Virus record (IMG/VR): IMGVR_UViG_3300043414_000156
Location: 1-26,623 of that record
Direction: 5' to 3' (one strand)
DNA length: 26,623 nucleotides
From: a virus
Lineage: Duplodnaviria; Caudoviricetes
Under the pieces are notes generated by a model, which worked only from the letters and a program-made list of their open reading frames with translations, was not told the origin of the DNA and did not search any database. Below are positions 17,201-25,339 of this stretch, piece after piece. The number at the start of each line of letters is the position of its first letter. Positions within the stretch are counted from its first letter, which is position 1. The position numbers and the translations under genes are program-made.

Positions 17201-20200
17201 AACTCCGAAACGGCAGGTACCCTACCAAAGATTGGCCCCATGCGAGTCATGTGGAACCAAATCAAAACTGCAATCGTTACGTCAATCAACAAAGCACTGG
17301 GCACCAACTTTGGGGTCAAGGACTTCTCTGCCCAAGACATATTTGATATTGCCAAGACTTCGTTTGTTGCGGAATCTGAAACCGCCCCGACCAAAGGCAA
17401 AAAAGTAGACATGGCATCTACATCCCAATTCCAAAACTGGTTTGGGGATAGTAAAATAGTAGACAAAGATGGCAAGCCTTTGGTTATTTATCGTGGGGTA
17501 ATTGGTGAAGATGAAAAGGCGTTAAACGCTGAACCACGCGCAGGATACGCAGCTTTTGGGTCTGACTCACCCCAAGTTGCTGCAAGCTACGGAAATCCAG
17601 ATTTAGAACGGAATGAGACTGGTGCCATAACACCGCTATACATCAAAGCCAATAAACTTATTGAGTTTCCGACGACGGTCGACCGATACGGGTCTGTCAA
17701 GTTCGATAAGTTTGCATTTGATCGACGCGCTAAAACGTTAAGCCCCGGCGAAGTATTGGTAGCCCGTCAAGTCTATGACTACGGCCCACGAGCTAACACA
17801 AAAGTCGACCCAGCCAAGTTATACAGCTACCCAAGTGATGTTTACGCGTGGGGTAAAGGCACATCGGTTAAATCTGCCACTGGTAATCGCGGAACGTACG
17901 ACATTGAAAACCCCAAAACTTTGTTCTCTGTATCTGCATCTACTGAGTCCTTGATTGACTCCATGGGGCCGCTTGATGCACAAACTAAATCTGGATTGTC
18001 TAAATTAATTGCGGGAGTTAAAGCTAACCCAGATGTTGACTATGTAACTAAGTTCCGCACGCAAGTAACTGATATTGCTGCTACCATCGAGCAAAGACTT
18101 CGCAAGAAGTTTGATGGTGCTGTGCGTAACTCACTGGGCGAACTAAATCCGATGGGTTTGTATCGTCAAGCACAAGACTACTCCAAGATGCTGCTGGAGT
18201 ATTTCCAAACTGGCACGCTATACAAAGACCCTGCAACTGGGCTGTGGAAATCTGGTGTTGGCAAGGGTGTACGCCCACCCGCTGAAGTCTATGCCCTGCT
18301 TGATAAGTATGCAGAGAAGAATGGCTACACCCGCGAGAGGGCTACTCAGATTGCAAGTCGTATATTAGAGGGTGTACGTCTCGATGCTATGCGCACCGCC
18401 AATAAAACAGAAGGCGCTGGGTTCTTGTTGCATCTTAAAGATAATGAAATTGACCAGCTAGTGCGTGAGTACAATGCAGACCCCGATCTAAAAGCCATGA
18501 GCGCACTCATGGACGAAGCGCGTAAAGCTATGGTTGACAACTTGGTTAAAGTTGGGCGCTTGACTGATGCGCAAGGCAAGGATTGGAAAGCGGTTGTTGG
18601 ATATGTACCATTTGATCGTATTGAAGATTTCTCAACTAACTACTCAGCAAATAAAAAAATAAGCACCAAGGGTATTGCACAACTTGGCAAGTTGCCTGAG
18701 TTAATCGGTTCCGAAGTTCGTCCAGTGGGCAATGTGTTTGATAACTACATCAACACGCTTGGTTGGATGGTTGGTCAGACGCTTAAGACAGACGCCACTG
18801 TGCAGACGTTGCGCAGTTTGGAAGATGCTAAGTTCGCCAAATATTTGGGTCGTAGCACGCAAAGTAAACCAAATGTGGTGGGCGCGTATGTTGGTGGTGA
18901 AATGATGTATTGGTCAGTGCCAAGCAAATACGACGTTATGGCGTTTAAAGATTTGAATCCACCAAAGGCAGGCTGGCTACGTGCGATGGGCGCGTTCTCC
19001 AATGTGTTGCGTAAGACTGTGACCGTACTGCCACCATTTGCACTAAAGCAGGTAACAGACGACGTACAACGTGCCATATTAACTTCTGGGGTAAAGAGCC
19101 CTAGCGCATTAATTTGGATGTCTTTGACTAACTTTCCTAAATTGGCACTGGCTGAATTGCGTGGTATCCAACACCCAATCGTAAAGGACTTTGGTCGCCT
19201 CGGGCTAACTGGTGAATACGACTTTGAAGCCGGTAAACCTGCAAGCTCTCTGCTAAAAGATTTGGGCTATAAGGAACGCACATTGCTGGGTTCATCAAAA
19301 CTTGGTGAGCTAATTCACAGACTTGACGGCATCACTCGTGCGTCTGACTTAGCGGTTCGTAAAGCAATCTACGATCAAACCCTTAAAGAAGGCGGGGACG
19401 AGTTGTTAGCACAAACCCGTGCTCGTGAATTCATCAACTTCCGTCGCCGTGGTGCCAGCGACTTCGTGGGTGCAATGGTTACAACCATTCCGTTTTTTAA
19501 CGCCTACATTCAAGGTATGGATGTGTTGTACCGCGCAGCATCCGGCAAAGACTCAAGTGCCTCAGTTGATCGTGCGCAAGCGCGTCAGATGTTTTGGAGT
19601 CGTGCAGGTACAGTGTTTATGCTAAGTTCCCTGTATGCGTTGGGTAAAGACGACGAAGATAAAGATTACCAAGACATGGACTTGCGTACTCGGGATAGCA
19701 ATTGGGTATTACCCGGAGGCTACAAGCTTTCTGTGCCGAGTGAATTGGGCGCAGTATTTAAAGTTATCCCAGAGCGGATTGTGGAATACATGAAGCGCCA
19801 AGGAACGCCAGAAGAACAAACCGCATTTGAAGCGGTACGTACAACACTGAGCTACATGTTTGAACAATACTTAGGCCGTGCAGTACCCGTTCCTCAAGCC
19901 ATTAAACCGGTAATGGAAGCGTGGGCTAACAAGTCATTCCTGACTGGCAAAGATTTAGAAGGCTACCACCACAAGGCTATGGACCCAAGCGCACGAGTTA
20001 CTGAGCAAACCTCAGAGCTTGCAAAAGCTATTGCCGTATTCAGCCGCGATCAAATTGGAGTGGAAGTTTCGCCCATCATGATTGACAACACATTACGTGG
20101 CTACTTCGGTTCTTCTGCCGCAATGTTTACGATGGTGACAGATAGCTTGCTAAACCCAACGCGAGTTGATCGCCCCCTGCATAAGTATGCCCTGCTCAGC

Positions 20201-20554
20201 AATTATGTGTATGACCCAGTTGGCACGCGCCGCATGACTGAGTTTTATGACGAACGCGAAAAAGTTGGTAAAGCTAAAACCACACTAAACGAGTTGATGA
20301 AGACTGATCTTAACCGCGCAGAAAAATATGTTGTGGAGCATGCCAGTGAGCTACAGTTAGAAAGCGCTATTAACTCTACATTACAGCAGTTGGAACGCAC
20401 CCGTGCTTACCGCAAGTTCCTAAATAGCCCGGACGGGGCAGCGCAGATGCCAGCTGCAGCACGTGAAAAAGAACTCAATGAAATTAAAAAAATGGAAGTT
20501 GAGTTTGTCCAATGGGTACGTGAAGCTAAAACAGAGCTACGCAAAGTTCAGTAA
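14243..20554 (+). CDS. Large polyvalent internal virion protein (hydrophobic N-region, zincin-like metallopeptidase, ART-PolyVal-like domain, C-terminal LPD38-like domain)
   Basis: 2103 aa; AAGGA SD; GFYD...ALHEVGAHLG...DEMVAY (His at 16988 and 17003); FQNWFGDSKIVDKDGKPLVIYRG...KSATGNRGTYD; FRRRG...PFFNAYIQG and RDSNW...KLSVPSELG. Confidence 0.85.
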   Translation: MADLNALYQALRNADAAGDTDGAKRLAQYIQQNQVAAPIPEAKPAPFSFSDTAIAAAQSALGATKSTIEGVTGAGSTPGEFLEGLQKTLGENLTPERKAEIQRRNALEKQAAETGKPLEEIAAGLGGVKEAPVTTFAQAVGSSVPTVLLGMGAAALGATVGAPVAIAAGVGIATKYLIGAIQGAGEVKGSIYDAVKDKLVDNNVPEAEAKRQATAAQDYLGKNWDTIAQGLGLGAIAGGTGAETELLRRFSKPVAKQIAAKEAAKIAEKGAVREFGEAIGKETLTEGLQGGQQQYAENKALTREGYLTDAMKGVYGAAARDAAMGAIGGGGVHALVGRTEKTAPTPEPTPELGPQVALEAPVGTQGALFEEAAKKTAEPTAIPPATYAELIAERERLQAEPVSPEIQTQLDAINTQLAGGKNEAQLGLGLDFQRDYADLLKEREALKQQPQTPEVKTRVNDLTDQIMSLHENEVASLRAEKEIDTETRNKFPGLATEPAQQGLFPEVDVVRPEIAEPTLAKPTTSVRQEEARRRLQAAQDQEAADIAQKEQERKGGQYRLPLRNVPEERNVNRNLEIPARPTEITQQDLDDIGVPLRTSQKWMEQNVLGKTPAEIQVLVGNNPDLLLGTGSRAQILKYLTAPVPEGFKEEPRVTTPTKTNQPEPRPQLRRSEPSVEVSGEPASPELLRPRPKVPAPTGTSTTPDGLRLAPAGQPASERTNVAGEAKPTLNAPVSTPAAPKPTTPAAPVAKPTVAAKPAPKAAPAETPKAPPTLKAVEPVKSRYERLLDIANDETIPLATRKQAEKNMDALDDPTLNTSKEDRKGNEDYVDKFLTRVEGLRSVSTAEGQSLDSLKEEIKNTKGVLGNALRRMVESGKVVLEDAHPSGKKIGGFYDGEKVTLYANSISSGSSMAVALHEVGAHLGMERLLGKKQYNAVIDRILDMVAKADGSTEAKMAQAAYKRIPVSDFKRGVGRDEMVAYFVEEMANSETAGTLPKIGPMRVMWNQIKTAIVTSINKALGTNFGVKDFSAQDIFDIAKTSFVAESETAPTKGKKVDMASTSQFQNWFGDSKIVDKDGKPLVIYRGVIGEDEKALNAEPRAGYAAFGSDSPQVAASYGNPDLERNETGAITPLYIKANKLIEFPTTVDRYGSVKFDKFAFDRRAKTLSPGEVLVARQVYDYGPRANTKVDPAKLYSYPSDVYAWGKGTSVKSATGNRGTYDIENPKTLFSVSASTESLIDSMGPLDAQTKSGLSKLIAGVKANPDVDYVTKFRTQVTDIAATIEQRLRKKFDGAVRNSLGELNPMGLYRQAQDYSKMLLEYFQTGTLYKDPATGLWKSGVGKGVRPPAEVYALLDKYAEKNGYTRERATQIASRILEGVRLDAMRTANKTEGAGFLLHLKDNEIDQLVREYNADPDLKAMSALMDEARKAMVDNLVKVGRLTDAQGKDWKAVVGYVPFDRIEDFSTNYSANKKISTKGIAQLGKLPELIGSEVRPVGNVFDNYINTLGWMVGQTLKTDATVQTLRSLEDAKFAKYLGRSTQSKPNVVGAYVGGEMMYWSVPSKYDVMAFKDLNPPKAGWLRAMGAFSNVLRKTVTVLPPFALKQVTDDVQRAILTSGVKSPSALIWMSLTNFPKLALAELRGIQHPIVKDFGRLGLTGEYDFEAGKPASSLLKDLGYKERTLLGSSKLGELIHRLDGITRASDLAVRKAIYDQTLKEGGDELLAQTRAREFINFRRRGASDFVGAMVTTIPFFNAYIQGMDVLYRAASGKDSSASVDRAQARQMFWSRAGTVFMLSSLYALGKDDEDKDYQDMDLRTRDSNWVLPGGYKLSVPSELGAVFKVIPERIVEYMKRQGTPEEQTAFEAVRTTLSYMFEQYLGRAVPVPQAIKPVMEAWANKSFLTGKDLEGYHHKAMDPSARVTEQTSELAKAIAVFSRDQIGVEVSPIMIDNTLRGYFGSSAAMFTMVTDSLLNPTRVDRPLHKYALLSNYVYDPVGTRRMTEFYDEREKVGKAKTTLNELMKTDLNRAEKYVVEHASELQLESAINSTLQQLERTRAYRKFLNSPDGAAQMPAAAREKELNEIKKMEVEFVQWVREAKTELRKVQ
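16197..16430 (+). CDS. Candidate overprinted small protein in the +1 frame of the polyvalent gene
   Basis: TAAGGAGG at 16183-16190, 6-nt spacer, GTG start; 77 aa with amphipathic helices; the host frame here is a P/R/E/T-rich disordered linker. Confidence 0.65.
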   Translation: MSRPLPRRINLSQDLSSEEVSQAWKYLVSLPAPSYYDPDPKYPPPPEHLQHLTDSDWHLLDNLLARELMLRERLSLH

Positions 20555-20847
20555 ACCCGCCAAATCCTAGCGCCGTACCTCCCGTATTCACAACGGGAGC
20601 GTATTTCCACACGCATAACAAAAAGCTTTAGGGCGTACTTAAGCGCCTCTCTAACTTGTATGGGGGTTGCAGTAGTTGGTAAAAAGAACGAGCACCCCAC
20701 GTCAAATCGTTCCCATTGGATAAAGTACTCTACCCCGTGAAGGGTGAGTATGCGCACGTCATCCGGTATCTTTGGCTCAACTCGACGCGGCCTAGGCCGC
20801 TCAAATAAACTCGTCTGCTTGCGTAAACGCCGTTTCGTCGATGCCAA
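20548..20847 (-). CDS. Small basic phage protein (possible DNA-binding)
   Basis: 99 aa; TTG start with GGAG 6 nt upstream; W..F.VG.SFF.P and GARIWRV pattern typical of small phage proteins; overlaps the primase 3' end by 47 nt and the polyvalent gene end by 7 nt. Confidence 0.75.
   Translation of the reverse strand: MASTKRRLRKQTSLFERPRPRRVEPKIPDDVRILTLHGVEYFIQWERFDVGCSFFLPTTATPIQVREALKYALKLFVMRVEIRSRCEYGRYGARIWRVY
20787..20800. repeat. Perfect 14-bp palindrome GCGGCCTAGGCCGC
   Basis: Self-reverse-complementary; directly abuts the primase stop codon (20801-20803); function unknown. Confidence 0.9.
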
Positions 20848-23641
20848 TTACGTCTCCATCAAAGATGTAGCAGCGAACTGCAATACCACTAAGCCCCCCT
20901 ACGGCTCCTGCACCGATTCGGGTTGGATGAGATTTACCACCATGTTTAAGATACCCCGCCGCAGTCAGTCTAGCTAAGCTATCTTTAACGTCCACTTGCC
21001 TACTTGTAAAGTATTTGCGTAACTCAGCCACAGGAATAGCTAAGGTGTGGGTCTCAGGGTCATACCGCATTTTTAGTTGTCCCTTGGGCATAACTGCTGG
21101 ACGTTCAGGCATACCATCGGGTGGGGTATATGCCGCTACCATTGCGTTGTTGACGTTCTCGTTAATGAAAGCGCCCAAAGTTTCCTGTGCAACTGTCAAT
21201 GGATTGCCAACGTTAGCCAAGTTAGCCGCAACCGTTTCGGATACTACCCCCAGAGCATACTGGTAGATGCGCTTTATGTCGATGCTAATTAAACCAAGTT
21301 TAGTGGCAATCAGGGCTCCCACAAACGCACATGTCAGTAAGCAAGAATAGAAACGGTCAGTCTGGTCTAAACCCAAAGCTTTGTCTACCTTGGCCTGCAT
21401 ATCGGCAAGCAGTTTCATCACATGGTCAGGGTTGTCAATGATGTATTGAATGTAGACAGGACCGGCGACACCGTAGTTGGCGCTAAGCTTACTAAACGTT
21501 GCATCAATCTCCGCCTTAGTGGACCCCGTATATTTATGGAAGGCAACCTCAAGCACTCGACGAAGTTCCCCATCAGCGGTGCTCTTAAGATTCTGCAAGG
21601 CATCCACAACTGAAGCGTTACCTGACGATATAGTAAAGTTGCACCATGTCGTATTGTTGACGCGCAACTTATTACTCTGCGATTCCATACGGTGCTTGCC
21701 CCGCCCTGAGGTAAATCCATAGGCGTAGTCCGACAGAACCTCAGGCTTCTCGTTAGTAATCTCATCCACAGTAAACGCAATACTGTTCATCATGCCAAGC
21801 AAGTGCATCTTAGATGCGTAGGTGTCGTCCTGTTTTAGCAAAAGTGTGTCGGGGTTTCCGAAGATAGAGTTAACTACCATCTGTGCTGTTGACTTACCTG
21901 AGCCTGAACCGTTGTGTTTAAGATGAATCAACGCACCTTTCACGTTCTGCTTGGGGCCAATAAGTTTTAGCAAGGGCGAGCCAAAACCAAAGAACAAAGC
22001 TAGTGCATGCGGCTCAAGGCCGGGTCGATCGTAGAAGTTAGCTATCGTGCTCCACTCCTCTAACGTGCCAGTGGGCTTAAATGATTCAGCTAGTTCCCGT
22101 GTACCGCTTGAGGGTGGGGCTAGTTTAGTACCTGCCGCTGTGTATTCCAGCTCACCAACAACAAACCCGTCCCCATCAGAAGTCCACCCCATCTGGCTGC
22201 GAGTTTTGTTTGCTGCGTATTGCGTTTGTAGTTTGCGTAGTGTTGATGCAAAATAAGCCATGATTGCTTCCAAGTGTTTTCCGTAAGCGACTACACCATT
22301 TCTAATGAGCAAGTCGCGCAATTTGTCTAAGGTAAACAGTGCGGTCACGGGGGCGTAAAACCTGCGAATACCATCCTTCTCCATGTGCAGGTTAATCCCT
22401 ACCATCTCCCCTTCGCCATTACCATGTTTATCCGAATCAAAGAACCGTTCTGTTAGGTATAAATCGTACGGATAAATCTGAACGTCCTTCTCCTCACCAT
22501 CAGGGGCACGGTCTTTTTTATACACCCCGCCGGTTGCTCCGCGAAAATATGGAAACGGGTACGCGGGTATCGACATGGTTAGTGCTGGTGCTGCATCATC
22601 CTCTGGAGTTTCGATAATGTACTGATCGTCCTCAACAACCGCCGCTTCAACATATTTACCCAACAAGATGGGCGTAGTTACTTTTTGTGTGCATCCTTGG
22701 CACAGAGCGGCGTTGTTCTCCCGATACCAATCACAAGTGTATGGGCCTTTAGTTTCAGCGGCCTTAGCTTCAGTGGCATCTGCCGAGTACTCAGGGTGCC
22801 GTTTAGACAGCGTGTGGATAGCGGATGGGCCATCTTCGCAGCGCACAGTAATAGATAACGCAGCTCTCCACAACGGCTCTTCTAATGTTGCCGCATTTTC
22901 TAAAGCGTTTTTAATTTGAGCGCAACCATTACCGTTAATACTACGGATAGCTATACGCTTGAACGAACACTTAGGGTATTCCCCACCAAGATCTTTAGAT
23001 GTTTCATCCATGCCAAACTGCTTGGCAGAACTTAGATCCATCGCGGGTGCGGGCAGCAGTTCAATAAACTCAGCAAGGGATACAGGTGTACCCATTGCAA
23101 TAATCTGTACGGGTCTCGAAGTTTCGTTTTTAAAGTTATGTGTGCCGGGTATACGCAAGATACGTGCAGCATCCGCAGTTACGGCAGGGTCAGCAAATAG
23201 TTTTTTCTGAGCGCACAAGCGCTTCAGGGATTTAGCGTGACGCACCCACTCTTGGGCGGCTACATCTTCAGTTAAAGGCCAGTATACGTGGAGGCCACCA
23301 CCTGAGTTAACAAGGGTTGGGCTAGGTAGCTTTGTGTCAGCAATAAATATGGATAGCGCTTGCGCGGCAACAGCTTGATCGGCATAGGGTTTACCAGTAC
23401 CGCAATCTAAGTCAAGAAAAAACGACCGTAGGAAGGACGCGTTGTCAACCTTACGACCTGAGTCATCATTGAATGTGGCAAGCGCAAAGTACGCGTCCAC
23501 GCCTTGGGAATCCATACCAGAGCCAACTGCTTCTACGTCTTCAATCGTTGCTTGAAACGACTGCTTGACGGCACCTGCCCGAATACCCACCGTGCAGTAA
23601 ATGCCGTGCGTAGGTAAAACGGAGTTAAGAAAGTCAGTCAC
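20801..23641 (-). CDS. Primase-helicase: AEP/RepB-like primase, Cys-containing helical domain, DUF927-type P-loop helicase
   Basis: 946 aa; FFLDLD (DxD), SGGGLHVYW and DAARILRIPGTHN AEP motifs; CAQI..CEDG..YTC..LCQGC; Walker A GSGSGKST, Walker B FTVDE, G+G+xR motif; GTG start with GAGG SD. Confidence 0.9.
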   Translation of the reverse strand: MTDFLNSVLPTHGIYCTVGIRAGAVKQSFQATIEDVEAVGSGMDSQGVDAYFALATFNDDSGRKVDNASFLRSFFLDLDCGTGKPYADQAVAAQALSIFIADTKLPSPTLVNSGGGLHVYWPLTEDVAAQEWVRHAKSLKRLCAQKKLFADPAVTADAARILRIPGTHNFKNETSRPVQIIAMGTPVSLAEFIELLPAPAMDLSSAKQFGMDETSKDLGGEYPKCSFKRIAIRSINGNGCAQIKNALENAATLEEPLWRAALSITVRCEDGPSAIHTLSKRHPEYSADATEAKAAETKGPYTCDWYRENNAALCQGCTQKVTTPILLGKYVEAAVVEDDQYIIETPEDDAAPALTMSIPAYPFPYFRGATGGVYKKDRAPDGEEKDVQIYPYDLYLTERFFDSDKHGNGEGEMVGINLHMEKDGIRRFYAPVTALFTLDKLRDLLIRNGVVAYGKHLEAIMAYFASTLRKLQTQYAANKTRSQMGWTSDGDGFVVGELEYTAAGTKLAPPSSGTRELAESFKPTGTLEEWSTIANFYDRPGLEPHALALFFGFGSPLLKLIGPKQNVKGALIHLKHNGSGSGKSTAQMVVNSIFGNPDTLLLKQDDTYASKMHLLGMMNSIAFTVDEITNEKPEVLSDYAYGFTSGRGKHRMESQSNKLRVNNTTWCNFTISSGNASVVDALQNLKSTADGELRRVLEVAFHKYTGSTKAEIDATFSKLSANYGVAGPVYIQYIIDNPDHVMKLLADMQAKVDKALGLDQTDRFYSCLLTCAFVGALIATKLGLISIDIKRIYQYALGVVSETVAANLANVGNPLTVAQETLGAFINENVNNAMVAAYTPPDGMPERPAVMPKGQLKMRYDPETHTLAIPVAELRKYFTSRQVDVKDSLARLTAAGYLKHGGKSHPTRIGAGAVGGLSGIAVRCYIFDGDVIGIDETAFTQADEFI

Positions 23642-23645
23642 AGAA

Positions 23646-23661
23646 CCTCACTGGGTTGAGG
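23646..23661 (-). promoter_or_regulatory. Hairpin occluding the primase Shine-Dalgarno
   Basis: Minus strand CCTCA-ACCCAG-TGAGG; the 3' arm contains the GAGG SD 4 nt before the GTG start. Confidence 0.5.
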
Positions 23662-23663
23662 AG

Positions 23664-23699
23664 AAAAAAATAGGGGCAACAGGACTACCTGTCACCCCC
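23664..23699 (-). terminator. Rho-independent terminator between the HTH gene and the primase gene
   Basis: Minus strand GGGGGTGACAGG-TAGT-CCTGTTGCCCCT followed by ATTTTTTT; 11-12 bp stem including G-U pairs. Confidence 0.85.
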
Positions 23700-23706
23700 A
23701 CGAGGA

Positions 23707-23955
23707 TTACTTACGTTTGGAAAGACGCGCAATAATTTTAGGCATTGCTGCCTGATAGCAGGAGCGTGGCACTGATCTACCCGTTAGCCAGTTGTACACA
23801 CTCGCACGGGTCACGCCAAACATCTGCGCAACTTCGGAAATCGGTGTACCGCTATTGATACAGACACTAGCCAACTGCATAACAATCGGGTCGTGTTCTG
23901 TGTCTCCAACTTTCTGGATAAATAAGGTGTCATGCCCCCGCAATCTATTACGCAT
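23707..23955 (-). CDS. Helix-turn-helix DNA-binding protein (Cro/XRE-like)
   Basis: ISEVAQMFGVTRASVYNWLTGRSVP is a canonical HTH; ATG at 23955 overlapping the upstream stop is preferred (82 aa) over 23976. Confidence 0.85.
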   Translation of the reverse strand: MRNRLRGHDTLFIQKVGDTEHDPIVMQLASVCINSGTPISEVAQMFGVTRASVYNWLTGRSVPRSCYQAAMPKIIARLSKRK

Positions 23956-24844
23956 CTTCGTCAGTAGCCCAGTCACTTAATATGTCAGATACGTTCTTTG
24001 CAACAGGTACCTCAGGTTTAGGTTTGGCAGAAGCACGCTTCACAGGCTCAGCCACGGGCTCTTCCACAACTTCGGCTTTCTCAACAACAGGCGCTTCTTT
24101 GAACGCTTGTGGCAAGGCAGGCATGCTCTCGGCCTTGGATGGAACCATTTTCAACTCGATAGCTTGACGAGCATCTTCGGTTTGGCTTTGCGCCTTGCCT
24201 AGCTCCCACTCTTCTCGCGTCAAAGGACGTACGGCACGGAACTTCAACACCGGCACAGCTTCGGCAGTATCAAACCTAGCTTCAGTCACAATGCCTGTAA
24301 TCGGGATACCGTGTCCTGACAAGAACTTACCAAACGCCTGCAAGGGCATCTTCTCACCTTCAGCACGACCAAAGTAAGATTTAGCGGGTACTGACAAACG
24401 ATAGATGTTGCCACCAATGTCGTTCTCCAAAGCCACAGCTAAACGCTTGCTGTAACGGCAGGCACGAGCCTTACCATCGCCAGAACCTTCGATGTTTTGA
24501 GTGCAGGTAGCGCATGAAGTACTTTGTGGGGTTGGCACTTCTGGGTTTGGTACCACGCCTTCGGCAGACCAGCAAGCAGGCTTGATGTCCTTGCCTTCTT
24601 CGTATTTGCCAGCGTAGAACGTACGGGTTACACCTTTACCAGATGCAATCACCACAAAGTTCATTGCGCGTTCTTCGTTCTTGGCAACTTCTTCGCCGCC
24701 TACGACCATGCGCCACACACCGCCCTTGATTGAGATTTGCTTACCGCCAGAACTACCTGCAATGTCACGAGTAGTAGCGTCTGAAGCTTCACGTAAATAG
24801 TCAGGGATAACGGAACCGGATTTGAAAAGTGTCATGTTACTCAT
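23948..24844 (-). CDS. Phage replication protein, putative Zn-binding ssDNA-binding/recombination protein
   Basis: 298 aa; AAGGA SD; four Cys (PACWS, SCATC, ACRY), beta-rich core, A/P/E/K linker and acidic C-terminal tail DILSDWATDEDA; SSB role is inference. Confidence 0.6.
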   Translation of the reverse strand: MSNMTLFKSGSVIPDYLREASDATTRDIAGSSGGKQISIKGGVWRMVVGGEEVAKNEERAMNFVVIASGKGVTRTFYAGKYEEGKDIKPACWSAEGVVPNPEVPTPQSTSCATCTQNIEGSGDGKARACRYSKRLAVALENDIGGNIYRLSVPAKSYFGRAEGEKMPLQAFGKFLSGHGIPITGIVTEARFDTAEAVPVLKFRAVRPLTREEWELGKAQSQTEDARQAIELKMVPSKAESMPALPQAFKEAPVVEKAEVVEEPVAEPVKRASAKPKPEVPVAKNVSDILSDWATDEDA

Positions 24845-24865
24845 TTTGATTTCCTTAATGGGAGG

Positions 24866-25255
24866 TTACTTAGATGAACGGCGAACCGTGATCGAGTACT
24901 TTGACTCGATATTCACACCTGCGGGCATTTTGTCTGGATTCTCTTTAACAAACTCTGCAAAATTAGATTGCGCAATTCGTCGTTCGAGAAGGTCCGGTGC
25001 ATCGTGCTCACGGATGAATGTGTACATACTGTCCCAGTCACTGGTCCAGTAGCGTGTTTTAACGGATCGGTTAAATGATCCAAATGGGGTTTTGCCACCG
25101 TCTTGACCGGTGGTCTTGCAGATACTTAGAAGCTCGTGCTCAACGGCATCCAACTGCTGATCGAGGTCAGCAATCTCGGCTTCCATCTGCTTCTTCTTAA
25201 TCTCTTTAGCGTCACGTATTTTGATATACACCTTGACTAACTGACTTGCATCCAT
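24866..25255 (-). CDS. Phage coiled-coil protein of the replication module, unknown function
   Basis: ATG at 25255 with AAAGGAG SD (129 aa; ORF-track start 25282 is probably too long); N-terminal coiled coil, C-terminal DW...LLERRI...PAGVN...ITVRR. Confidence 0.75.
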   Translation of the reverse strand: MDASQLVKVYIKIRDAKEIKKKQMEAEIADLDQQLDAVEHELLSICKTTGQDGGKTPFGSFNRSVKTRYWTSDWDSMYTFIREHDAPDLLERRIAQSNFAEFVKENPDKMPAGVNIESKYSITVRRSSK

Positions 25256-25311
25256 ATAACTCCTTTGATTTACGTTGAACAAATTGGTGGGGTACTAGCC
25301 CTTTTTTATAA

Positions 25312-25339
25312 ATTATACACTGTCAAATCTCAGTGTCAA
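25312..25339 (-). promoter_or_regulatory. Sigma70-type promoter, perfect consensus
   Basis: Minus strand TTGACA (25339-25334), 16-nt spacer, TATAAT (25317-25312), about 57 nt upstream of the ATG at 25255; overlaps the helicase stop. Confidence 0.85.

Noticed and set aside
20798-20812. +1 frameshift from primase into the small downstream ORF
   Set aside because: No convincing shift site, and the small ORF has its own GGAG plus TTG start
25288-25308. GGGG-TACTAG-CCC-TTTTTT as a + strand terminator
   Set aside because: Stem is only about 3 bp and no + strand gene leads into it
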